Assembly: GCA_004022145.1 (NCBI GenBank)
Contig: RCNU01000013.1
From: Paecilomyces variotii
Taxonomy: Eukaryota
Direction: 5' to 3' (one strand)
DNA length: 64,000 nt
Shown: positions 50,282 through 62,147 of the stretch, in pieces
How positions within the stretch are numbered: position 1 is the stretch's first letter
Layout: each line of letters begins with the position of its first letter
The notes under the pieces: model-generated
Databases searched by the model: none
Seen by the model: only the letters and a program-made list of their open reading frames with translations
Told to the model about the DNA's origin: nothing
Position numbers and translations under genes: made by a program

Positions 50282-50922
50282 TCGTCTTGTTTTCCGCAGT
50301 ATCTTCTTATTGGTACTTGTTAGACAGTGCCAAGCCCCTTCAGGAGGGCATTTCTGTTCATCGTGCTGTATAATCATGGGTTAATTGGATATTCGACGTT
50401 GTTTAGCCTGGGCAATAGATACCCCATGTCGATTTATAATGCAAAAAGAAATCTTATATACTTTTCTTATTTCAGTATTCATTCGCAGTATATCGCTGCA
50501 CCTTGTGTTAAGTGGATAAATAATGTTACAATTGACATAAAATAATTAATTCACATGAGTGTATCTTCATACCGAACCATGATATCGTGTGAGAGTCTTC
50601 CGCCAAAGGAAGACCAGATTTGCATTACCAGTTCATACGGCCGTGATTTCAGGTGGCTATGGCCCGAGCGAGTAATGCTGAAGACTCCAAAGGAAATGCT
50701 CGAGAAACACCCCCAATGCAACTTCATACACATTGGGAATCACCAGCTCAAGCGTCCCATATCTGCGACACCCATCGAAAGGGATATCTATGGTCGAGAA
50801 GGACAAGACATGTCCAAATTCTCGACCGACCACGAACAGCACACGGCAGTGACCCCCCCTTAAAACAACCGCAACGAAAGCACGATTCCACCATCTTCTC
50901 TACCCTACGTCCCGTCCCTTGG

Positions 50923-51632
50923 TCATTGAGGTCGTTTCTTCGTATAATTCGGTACTCTCTCATAAGCATTCGGGCTTGGTTTTCTCCGCTTGCTCTTATG
51001 TTTATGAGGACCCGATCCGTGGTCGTGGTCATGGTCATGTTCTTCTGAACCGCATTCATGATGATGATGATGGTCTTTATCTTGTTTCCGACGACCACGT
51101 CTTATCCCGCGTTGACGAGCGTCGGTGTCGGAATCGGAGGAGCTGGAGTCATCGGATTCGGATTCAGATTCGGATTCGGAACTGCTCTCGCCTACGGCGT
51201 GGGATTTGTGGTATATGCAGCATACTGGTTGGTTCCTTCGTTAGTTTTGCTTCGAGGGTTGGATTTTGGATTTATTTCGTATAATGGTTTGTGTTTTGTG
51301 TTTAAGAAGGGTAAAAAGAGGGGAGAAAGGAAGAGGCACTCGAATGATAGTATTTCCTGAGAGTAGGCGGCGAGGAGTCCTCTGTTCATATGGTGTGTCG
51401 TTTTACCTTTTGAACTCTTCTTGCCCATCCCCTCATTATCGACAACGTCTTCACTCCATCGTATGCGTCTCGTGGATGCTGTCTCCGTGGTCGTCTGCGT
51501 GGTTTCCGCAAGTGGCGCGCCTCTCAGTCTCAGAGTTCCCGTGAGAGGAAGAGGCGAAGGCTCTCGAGAGGATTCTGTCTGAACTTGGCTGCCGGACGGT
51601 AGGGCCTCTGCCTGCCTCCTGGTTCTAGACAT
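50923..51632 (-). CDS. YPI1: Type 1 phosphatase regulator Ypi1 (inhibitor-3), 2 exons
   Basis: RRIRWSEDVVDNEGMGKKSSK/VCCIYHK...GESSSES...PSPNAYERVP. Confidence 0.93.
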
Positions 51633-52321
51633 TATGAGGACTTTTGGGGGGGGAGAAGAAAATGCAGGGGAAAGTAAAGGATTCACATTGTCTCGTGCGG
51701 AAGAAAGGCGATGACCATGGACTTTGCGGGGATCGGGAGATCACCGGGCAGCATTTAAGAGTATGACTAATGGACTTTTACTCGCCGCCCGCACGCTACG
51801 GAAAGAGCTTATATTATGGTGATCCGTTCCCGTTGATAGGATACAAGTATTCTCCCTCTCTACTTCACGAGTTGGTATACCAAAACAACCGCCGCCCGTT
51901 CACTCCATTCTTAATGAAAAGCAACTGGACAATCACCAAGTTATAGAAGAACTGTAACCAAATGGGAATTACACAACATGGGTAGACTAACAGAGATATT
52001 CGATACCTATCAGCTACGTTCGTGTTATTATACCACAGTCCAGCCAAGCTTCTCCTCATCTCACCAGAGTCCGCCTCGGGAAAATGGCAGACGTCATCGA
52101 GAGCAGCGCGAGCGTTCGAAGAGGACCAAAAGCTACCGCCCGGCACGCTTCAAGATGCGTCTAGGAAGAGGTCGAAAAAACTCTCTGGTTTGTGTTCATA
52201 GGCCGTAAATAGACCAGCCATCTAGCCCGTCGGTGTCCAATGGCCGCTGATGGGGTCCAGAAGAATTGGCCGCCTCGGTGGACGCCGAGCCGTCCAATTC
52301 GCTGCGCAATTCTTTTTCAAG

Positions 52322-55300
52322 TCATAACTCGTCCTCTTGCTCCATTTCAGCAGGCTTCAACAAGCCTCCAACCTTCATTGCCCGGTCTCTTTCTGCGGCC
52401 TGGGCATCGCGAAGAGCCTGTTCCCGCTCCTCCGCATAAAGCTCGGCGTTGTCACCTGCAAATTCCTTGAGCGAAATCAAGAAATCACGGAGATGAGTCT
52501 TGAATTTGTTGAAGTCATCGTTCAGAGCAAACAGACCAATGACGAACTGTTTGATTTGAATTCTATATTCGATTAGCTTTTCCCTCGCTATAAAGCTGAC
52601 TCGGTCTCATCACTTACTCCTGTAAGTTCTTAAAGGCAGTCTGCAGAAGACTAGCGACATATTCCTGGAGGAATTCTTTGTTTGACGTCCCCGGTGGCGC
52701 CTGTTCGGGTGAGTAAATGGGGTCCTGTATCTTGCCCGATTCCACGAAATAGAACATCCGAGACAGCAGCATGGCCTGAGATTTGAACCCTTGATAACAT
52801 GTCAGCTCTGGACGCCAAAATGAAACGTCTATGCAACGTACCAGCTTTGTGATCGGTATCCGTGACGACGAAGAAGACGTCCTGTAGAATGGGAATGTAG
52901 AACTGGCGGAAGAAGATGCTCGAAGTCTGTGGGTCAGTTTCGGCCATGTTGTTCATGAGCTCCAGGCACATGGTGAGACCCGTGTTCTCAACTTCACGGT
53001 TGTCGTGTTTGCTAGCCCACATGCAGGAGTCGATGACAAACTTGAACTGCGTCGAGTTCAGTTTCAGCAGCGCCGGGAAGCAATAGAGGTTGATAGCCTG
53101 GAGCAGCTTGAAGAACTGAACACGATGTTCGGGATACTCATGGAAATCTTTGTTGATCATCTCCAAAGTGCATTCAAACACGCTTTCCATGATGATAGGC
53201 ACTCGGTCATCCATCAGGTTCTGCGGGGCAGTTAGCGAAAGGCCAGTGTGAGTGCCAGGTAGGCTGACCGAATAGCGTGATGTTTGGGGGGTCCAACGTA
53301 CGTGAAGCTTGTGAATTATGGTTGTCATGACATTGAGGACTTCTGCTTCTCTGGCATCGGGGACATTCCGATTGTAGTCCAGGAGAACAGCTTCCAGAAG
53401 AGGCGGCACCATGTTGGTGTTCACCATTTCCAGATCATCTGCTTTCTGCACGTATGTGTCAATAAGCTTCAGAATCTCCTTTTTGATAGTCCGAAGTCCT
53501 CGGACTCTGGGTGTCTTCGTCGCCAGATTTCCTGCAACGCGTCAGTGAGGGACTAGCCGATAGATGCTGGTGGAAGATATTTACCATCAGTAGCGACAGC
53601 GTCCGAGATGAGCTGGCTAGACGCACGGTACATATTGAGCATATCGTGATAGATGCGGCCGATCTGAGAGTAGAAATAGCTACCGATTGAGGAGCATGCG
53701 GCGACATTGGTCTTCATGATGTTGCCGATGATCTTGATCGTTTCTCCATCCTGGAGGATGGACGGGTCCTGATTTGCCTGGGCAATGATAGCATCCCAGG
53801 CAGAATTGGGCAATGACATGAGGTTCTCGATTAGTCGATCCTGAAGACCCTTTTGACCCTGAGCAGAAATCATGTAGCCACATGCTTCGTAGAAGGTGTG
53901 GACTTGTTGTGGGGAGAGATCACAGGTTATCTTCCTCATATTGCGGACAATCTCTTCGATGAACGGCTCACTTTCCCCAGGCTGAAGAGCCACAAAGTGA
54001 CGTTTACACTTGTTAGCGATCTTGATGAACGTATCACAAGCCATATCCTGGACACCTTTTTTTGAGTTAGCTTCCATATTTTCCCATCTCATTTAACAGA
54101 CATACCTTCGTGGGTCTCGTGCATAAACTCGAAGAGTTTGTTGACGACTGTTTTCAAGAATTTCCAATGAGCCTTGAGGAAGCGCGGGTACTGTCCCACG
54201 ATATACATGATGTTACTGGCGACCACAGCTTTGTTGTCTTTCCCTCGCTTCATCTCCGTCAGGCCAAGAAGATCTTTGATGACAGTAACCAGGAACCGCT
54301 TTTCAGTCTCTTCGTTCATGGCACCAGATATCGAACCAATTGCCCAGCAGAGAGTGTTACAGTTGGCCCACGACCACTCGGTACCGTCGACCTGTTTGGC
54401 AAGTTTCTCTGCCATGATGTTTTCTGTATCGACGACATCCAGATGTGTGAGATACACAAGGCACTCTCTGGTCGTCTTGTACAGTTGAATGGTGTCGCTC
54501 TCTTTCACAAACTCGCGGACAATCTCTCCTTCGTCATTCTCCACGATCAGGACTTCTTCCGGACGCACCATCTTCTCGATCATGACAGTCCGTAAGCTCG
54601 ACAATACCTCCTGGTACTTATGCTTGCGTAGAGGATAGTTGGCGAGAGTGCTCGGGTGAGGGGCACCACTATTCGAGAGGCCGCTGACCCCCATGGTGAC
54701 CAAGGGGTTCAGGTCCGTGATGGGAAGCTGCTGCATCTCCTCGTACAGTTCCTGCACAAGCTTGGTCCAGTATTCTAGACAGATCTTGAAAATTTCGCGG
54801 TCATCGATCTGACTTATCCGGATTAGATAGAAGTGCGCATGGGTGAGATAATCGAGATTCGGCAATTTTTCAATGAGCTACGGCAATGTCAGTAAACCAC
54901 GCAATATAGAAGAGCCACCGGGAACAGTCGCGGCGCGGGGGTGGGAGAGGGATAGCCTACGTCGAGATGGACACTGAAAAAGTTGCAAAGGAATAGCGCC
55001 AGATTGAGAACAAACTCCTGGTCCCGTGAATTGCTATGGGCGTAGGTGTCTTTGAGGTTCATTGACAGAGGTATAATCTTCGAGACTCTCGTCAATGTCT
55101 CGGTGAACATTTGAACCAGCTTCTCATCGTACGAGAACTGCTGCCCTATCTGCAAGCCACCAATCTCCGTGAGACACTTGAGAGTCACATTGCGGAATTC
55201 CGGAACGTCCAAAAATCTGGTGATGAGAGTGTCGATGATCGGAGTCTCGAAGATGTATCCGAGTGGGATCCAGTTCAAGAAGCGGAGAAGAGTTTCCAGG

Positions 55301-56159
55301 GTAGCCTTGACCAGACTGGGTTGATTGGCCGTGTTCAAGACCTCCGAGCACAGCTGGAAGATGGACGAGAACTCCTGCGTCATCGTTGTCTTGAGATTCT
55401 TGGCCTTGACCGAGGTCATTTGGTCCTGGGAATAGTCGAACACCTCCTCCGACAACAGCCTAAGGATGACCATATTGTTTTCGCAAATCGACAGGCTCGT
55501 ATGGCAGGAGGAAATGATTTCATTGATGAAGGTAGGCCAGTTATGCGGCCACTCCTGCTTCAAGATCGAGACGAGGACCAGGTTCAGCTTATTCAACAGC
55601 GTCCGCTCGCTTTTGAGTTTCTCTTCTGAACTGGAGCTCTCAATGATGAAATTGACGACGAAGTTGCGGATACCTAAATTGGTCAGAACCAGCAGCATAT
55701 AACTTCATGATCATGGGAAATTTACCCTGGCACTGCTCCCGAGGCAGGACCTTCCATCGCGTCATAATCACATCGTCGAGGACTTGAAGGCCAAGATCTT
55801 GAATCAATCCAGTTAGCATACTCCCTCCCTCCAAAAGGCGTCTAGAAGGAATAAGAAGAACTAGCATTTTGTCTGTGAGTATGAGGATTCTTGAAGGATG
55901 TTTCCCACCAATAGCCAAGCATCGGGATTTTGTTTGAACTGGAAGAAATGTCAACAGATCAACTCTGCGGTTGTATAATCATGGCATACGCACTTCGGTT
56001 AACGATTGCTGAGCTTGTTTTTGCTGCAGAATGGAGAAATATCAATCAGTATTGCTCGTTGGTAAAATAACGATTGTAGCTGCAAGAACTTACAATGTCG
56101 CCTTTGCCCTCATAGAAGGCCCGGACTGTGTTGTCCAGTTCCTGAATGGAGACAGACAT
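52322..56159 (-). CDS. CRM1: Exportin-1 (Crm1/KapK), 11 exons
   Basis: [20 protein letters not shown]...[12 protein letters not shown]...[21 protein letters not shown]...[12 protein letters not shown]...[14 protein letters not shown]...[17 protein letters not shown]. Confidence 0.98.
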
Positions 56160-59100
56160 TCCGCACCCGAGTCCGGCGATGTCGCCTTCTTAAAAGCGAA
56201 CAACTTCCAGTGGAGTGGTCCTCTTCTGGGAGGAGTGTGTGATATGCGATTCGGTAACCAGTCGATGTTGCGAGTTATTCTTTGTCGGCCGGTGGCGGGG
56301 AAGGCACAAGCTTCTAGAGGGGCCAGTGAGGAGCACTAACGCACTTCTAGGATCAGATTGCTAAAGGAGATGATATCTGAAATGAGGAAAGAGTGTGAGC
56401 TCCTGCGTAGGTCAGCGGCTAGCCCAAAGTGCTCTTATCGAGTGCTGACAGTGAACTAAGAGCGCGTCTTGCAGGTCAAGATCCCACGGCGTATACGGTG
56501 GCCGTGATGTTCTTCTATTTGCTTAGTCAGCCTTGTTTCTGCGCCAGGCATCAGACATGGTATCGCAGGCATCATCGGCGTTGCTTTTCCCGATAACCCC
56601 ACCAAGGCGTTTATGTACATCTTTCCCGGTATTATTTATGTGGATGCAAAGTACATACATTTTTAACTACTAGCTTCTCTCTCAGAAAAGGGAACTGCAG
56701 TCCCTGTTATTTGCTGTTTGAACAAAACAATTACAATGGTCCATTTGCCCTTCTTTTAGATCTTATTGGGAAATAACAAGTGTGACATACTGGACGAGAT
56801 ATCAATTCGTCTGAAGTGCTTACATGACGTGACAGTGCTATTGAGACATCAGCCGATGGACATTATTAATGTATGTATGAGGGGAATTCTAGTTTTGTAC
56901 CAAGTATGTAAGGTTTCCACAAACGAAGTTCTATCTATGATTTAGACCTCTGGAGACGCTCAGCATCCTCTATCTTGTCATGTATCAAGCATAGGTAAAG
57001 GTGGAAAAAAGAGACAGACAACACTATGACTTTTCCCAGGCCGCCATGGAGACATCTAATTATTTATTGAGCAAATACACACCTTGTCTCGGACATACCG
57101 TAGGTTCCTTCGGAACTCCCCACTTAGATGATTCCTCCAGTTTCTACATCATACCCGGACAGGAAGCCCACCTGCTGGGAAAACCTCCAAGTGATTCCTG
57201 CTCTAGTAATAATATTAAATGTATACAGGCCGCCTCAACAAGCCGCACGGTAAGAATGCGAATAAAATCTCTGGGTGGACTAACGCATTCTCTATTTGGT
57301 CAAGCAGACCCAGCGCTGAAGTTACTTATCCAAGAAAAGTTTGGAGGAATCTGAGCACCGGCCCAGACCTGTAAGAAATAGTCAGATAAGCACAACAACG
57401 TGATTTTATGAGGTGTGCTTACCTCTTCCAGAGCAGGATCCTGCTCCAAATTATCCACCTTTTGATTTACTCGAGCGACTGTAAGGTCCGCTGTGAAGCT
57501 ACCCAGCAGATCACCCACGACGCTAACATGTAGCTGGAGCAATGTCTTGATGAGCTACAGATATGCTGCACTGATATTTCAATCTCTCTCACTGCGGTAA
57601 TTAGACTGATGATCTCCGCGATGACTTGCGTTTCAAGCAAAAGTCTGCAAAAAACAGTCGATCCGGTAAAAGGAATCGAGCGGGATGAGAACGTTGGGCA
57701 ACTCCATATCTGCCACAGGGCTGAAAACTGGGGTGGATGCATAGACTTGGTAGTAGTTTTCGATGGTCGAAATATAATCGATAATTCACATCTTCAGATC
57801 TCGACTATTATATCAACAATACTGCATCGCGTGAATCCGCGGGGTATATAAGAGGATGGGAAGCTATGATCTTCGTATATGAATATTCGACTATATCTCA
57901 TCAGCTGATAGTTACTGTAGGATCGGAGACGATCTTATCTGTATTCGAGTAAACTAGTAGATGCTCCTCCTCCACGCGGCAAGAGAAGTATTACCCTACA
58001 TTGAACAATCATGAGAATATTTTATGCTTGTTTTTTTCTCCTTATTTGTTGTTATTATTTCACTATTTCTCAAAATCCGATATACATGAACTTGATGTTT
58101 TCATTTTCTTTCTTCCCGGCTTGAGATATCCATACGCGAGTGAAATCTGCAATGTCTCTTAAGGCTAAGCCTCAAAGACATTAATCTCCTGGAAAGGATC
58201 TTGATTCCTGATCCTGGGGGCTCGTCCTACGGTAAGGGAAATACTGAATAACTAATAATGGATGGCTAGATATGTAATACGGGGGAGGGAGGGACGGGGT
58301 ATAACCAGTTGTATCAATTATTTAGAGTTAAACAGAGTAAGTAAGTATCTTCTTGAAACACCTCACAGTCAACTTTCCAATACAGCCGAGAAAACAATCC
58401 ACCAAAGGCGATGGCGTTAGAAACAAGCATGGAAGGCAACGTGAATATGATATGATAGTGATGCTGCATGATGGCCAAGCGCCGCATTAGAAGCGCCAAC
58501 TAAAATTACCTACTGGGATGCATCGGATAGTTAGTTAGTGCAGTGCATGCGGATCAGATTTCGTTCGAATGGTCGGACTTTGCCCAATTGAAGGAAAGAT
58601 CGGATGGTTTCTCTCCGCTGCCCATTATTTTCTTTTCTCTGAGAAAAATCGGAACCATGTTCAGCAAGCGAGGGGGTTGTCGCGGGTTGGGGGTTGAATT
58701 CATCCTCAAGTCCAATAGCAGGCAGCAGTAAGCGCCCGATCTGTTGATTTCGAAACGGGGTCCGTGAATAACGGAGAGACGCCGAAACTTGAAAGAGAAA
58801 CGCGCATGCGTGGCAATGCACAGTGGAGATCGAGCGGATGACCCCGTCTATCCGCGATCTACTACGCATCTATTTCTGGCGTGGAAGTGATAGTCAGGTA
58901 TGTAGTCTAATAATAATACTAATATGGGATGCGACGCGGACAGGGAACAATGCTGCAAGGCGCCAGTTGCCCTGTGCGAGCGACTCCATGTGGCACGTTT
59001 CGCAGTCAACTTGTTCAGGCCATCGAAGGCGGGTACCTACTGTAACTGTTACTGAGTAGACTGCTAGCTCGTTAACCTTGGGTACTCTACCCTAGCCTTA

Positions 59101-59795
59101 TTTGTCGCCGCTCGCGCCAACCCAGAAATCCGTTACCCCCCTCAAGGTGAGCCAACCGCTCTATTGAACTTACTCTACAGCTCCTACCCGGTTGCATGCG
59201 CTAGATAGATGATACAGATGGAGAGGAACATCTACATAACACTGACAGTGTTCAGATCATACTCTAGTTATCATACTTCCTGCTGACTGAGGAGATATCC
59301 CACGCCTCTGTTGGAACCCAGGTTGCTCGACAAGGAATGGCGATACGGACAGGATAACTAACTGATCACATGCCTGGTGGATCGAGGAGCGGCGCCCTCA
59401 GATGATGTGACACCGTTACTGGACAAGGAAATCTGCTACGCTTCTGCGCGCCCCCCCCCCCCCCCTCGGTCTGATATGATTGATGATGTGCAGACAGAGA
59501 AGTTCACTGTCGGCGGCAGATAAGGCCAAAAGCTGAAAAGGCTGGCTGGACTAAGGTACGGTACTTTGCATTCTGCAATGCGGAGACGGATGATCGGTTG
59601 CGCGGGCCATTAAGCGCAGTGCTTGAGGCCTCAGCGTTCCGCCTGACGATGCGGACGGACCAGTCATCGTGTGCGTCTCAAGCGCTCCCGTCATCGTCCG
59701 GGCCGGAGAGCCGTGACGGTTCTGGGCGCATCTCTCTGGAAGTAAGCGACCCGCTTGGCGAGTCGGGATCAGAAGCAGAGAAAAGAGAGTGATAT

Positions 59796-59849
59796 TAATA
59801 AATAAATAATAATAATACTAAAATAATAACAATAATAACAATAATAATA
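59796..59849. repeat. Imperfect (AAT/AAC)n microsatellite
   Basis: taataaataaataataataatactaaaataataacaataataacaataataatag. Confidence 0.85.
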
Positions 59850-60736
59850 GGACTACAGAAAAAGCGAACAGTCCGTGCCAAGTGACACAAGCCGCGAATC
59901 ATGGCGCGCCAGACGTGATGACCCCGAATTGGATGAGCGAATCATGCAGCCAGAGTGACGACTTGCAGCAGCGACTCGAAGCGCCCGGTCAGGCACCAGT
60001 TAGACTGTTAGAGTATCTTCTGTCCCTCGGATCTCCCTGTTAGTTAGTAGTTATACCGCGCACACGAACCCGGCTTGGCTCTGGGTGCCCTGTAACAGGG
60101 GAATGTGATGCGGAAAGCAGGAGGACATGGGTTCAACTGCTATGGCTAAGCCAAGGTAGTCTACGCTATATGAGATGATAGAGTATCTACCAGACGATGA
60201 CTCGACTCGACTCGACCCGACGACCGCGTCGCGCCCACCCCATGTTCGCTCAACCACGGCGGTAAATCCTGATGTTACGATTCCCAGCCAGGGTCTTCTT
60301 CTTGGAGGGGGGTGATCGAGGAGGGTGCGCTGTGTGGCACCATGGCCGGGTCCAGGACCGGCCGGAAGCGCATCTGGGCCGGACAATCGACAGCGGACTG
60401 GGTTGTGCAACGCGAACAATAATGCAACTGAGTTGCTCGTGCAGGGTTTCCCAGCGCCCCAAGCGTCGCGGGCATGGGCGCGCGCCCCCCCTTCTAACCG
60501 CGCCCACTGCTGCCGTCCGGCGCCAACGGCGAATAACTTTGGCGAAAACACCGGCCGCGGCCCCACAGCGCCAGGCCGAGGAGGGGGGGAAGTTCAAGGA
60601 AAAGAAGGCCAGCAGCGAGTAAGCGACCAGAGGCCCATCGCTGGATTGTCGCGACAGGGGACCAGAGCCCGGGTTGGCATGGACGATGGCGGTGTTTTTG
60701 TCCCTGCTGCCGCGCTTACCTCTCGAGTTCTGCGGT

Positions 60737-60846
60737 GATTGATTGATTACCTAGGTAATTAATTCACTAACTAGCTAGCTAGCTAATTCACTCACTCACT
60801 CACTCACTCACTCACTCACTAACAAATATGAACATGAACATGAACA
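60737..60846. repeat. Compound microsatellite block (GATT)3, (CTAG)n, (CTCA)n, (ATGAAC)3
   Basis: Read directly from the sequence; further (GCTT)n, (CTA)n and (CT)n tracts at 61135-61460. Confidence 0.9.
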
Positions 60847-62147
60847 TGTCCCATCTCGCTGCCCGACTTGGCCTCCCCGTCGAGCTTGTCTCAGAGTCGC
60901 TCGGCCAATCGAGCTGCCGCCCTCTCCCGGGCAACGCAGGCGAATCAGCAGCGCGCTGGGCAGTCTGCCGCTGCCGATCGCGCGCCAACCCAAGCCAGCT
61001 GGCACCCGCAGCGCCGCAGCGCCGCAGCCCCCTCGCTCGTCGCCCAGTCACACGGCCGGCTCGCTGGTTTACCCGACCCTCTCGCGCGCTTGCCAGCGCC
61101 GCCGCTTCCCCCTCCCTCTTTCTGCCGCAGCCTGGCTTGCTTGCTTGCTTGCTTGCTCGATTTCCCTTCTGGTTCCTATCCGGAGCTACGAACTAATTGG
61201 TAGATTATTCTTCTACTACTACTACTACTACTACCTAGCCCCGAGCTGCTCACTTGACTGTAGCTAATACCTATCAAACCCGCCAGCCGGAGAGGTAGTC
61301 AAGTCACTCAACTCCCTCTCTCATTCCCTCTCACTCTCACTCTCTCCCTCTCTCTCTCTCTCTTTCCCTCTGTCCCTCAGTCCTCCCTGCACCAAGCTCC
61401 GTTACTACCACGCATTTCCCCTCCTCCGCTCCCACACACACACTCTCTCTCTCTCTCTTCACTCCCACTTCCCTTTTTGTCTCTTCCCTGGCCTCGTGGA
61501 TTTCCTCTACACAGCCTCTTCGTCTGATGATAAGATCGGGCATCCTTTCGACTGTGGTGGCTTGATCTGGTTTCCCCTGCACCGGTCCTGTATGCTCCCG
61601 CAGAGCTCATCTCTGGGCCAATTAAACGACCCCTTCCCGACACTCATCCGGCCACCTCCAATATCTCTGCTGTAAATCCACTGCTCTACGACGCTTCATT
61701 TTCTTGCGATAAGTAATCTGTGTGGGTTGCGCCAGTACCAGTCGTTTCCCGAAACCCGTGGAGTCGTGCCAGCGCGCTACCAGTACGCACTGTGGTGGTG
61801 TTCTTGCCTACCTGGTTAATGGCTGTCGCACCGTTGCAGAACCGGATCTACTGCATTTAGCTTCCTCTGCTGTACCAAAGAGCAAGATCGACAACAGAGA
61901 CAGTTGCGTCAAGGACGTGCGTTGGTGGTGCGGTTGGAGTCTATCTCGCTGTCGCTATTGTTGCGAGAGAAAGAGGGAACCGCCTACAGCGTCAGAAACA
62001 ACGAGGCCAAGCCATCGCATCTTTTAGGGCTGTCCAAGAATTTTCCATTTGCCATTGACAACGTCGCTTTCCTCCCGTGTACTGGAAGTTCATAGGAGCT
62101 GTCAGTCCTCCCGCTTTATATTATCGATCCAACCGTGTCGCATAACG

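Noticed and set aside
55798-55865. Stwintron explanation for the odd CRM1 donor
   Set aside because: 68 nt is too short for two nested introns.
59494-59502. ACAGAGAAG, U6-like box
   Set aside because: The following ATTAGC and the rest of U6 are absent.
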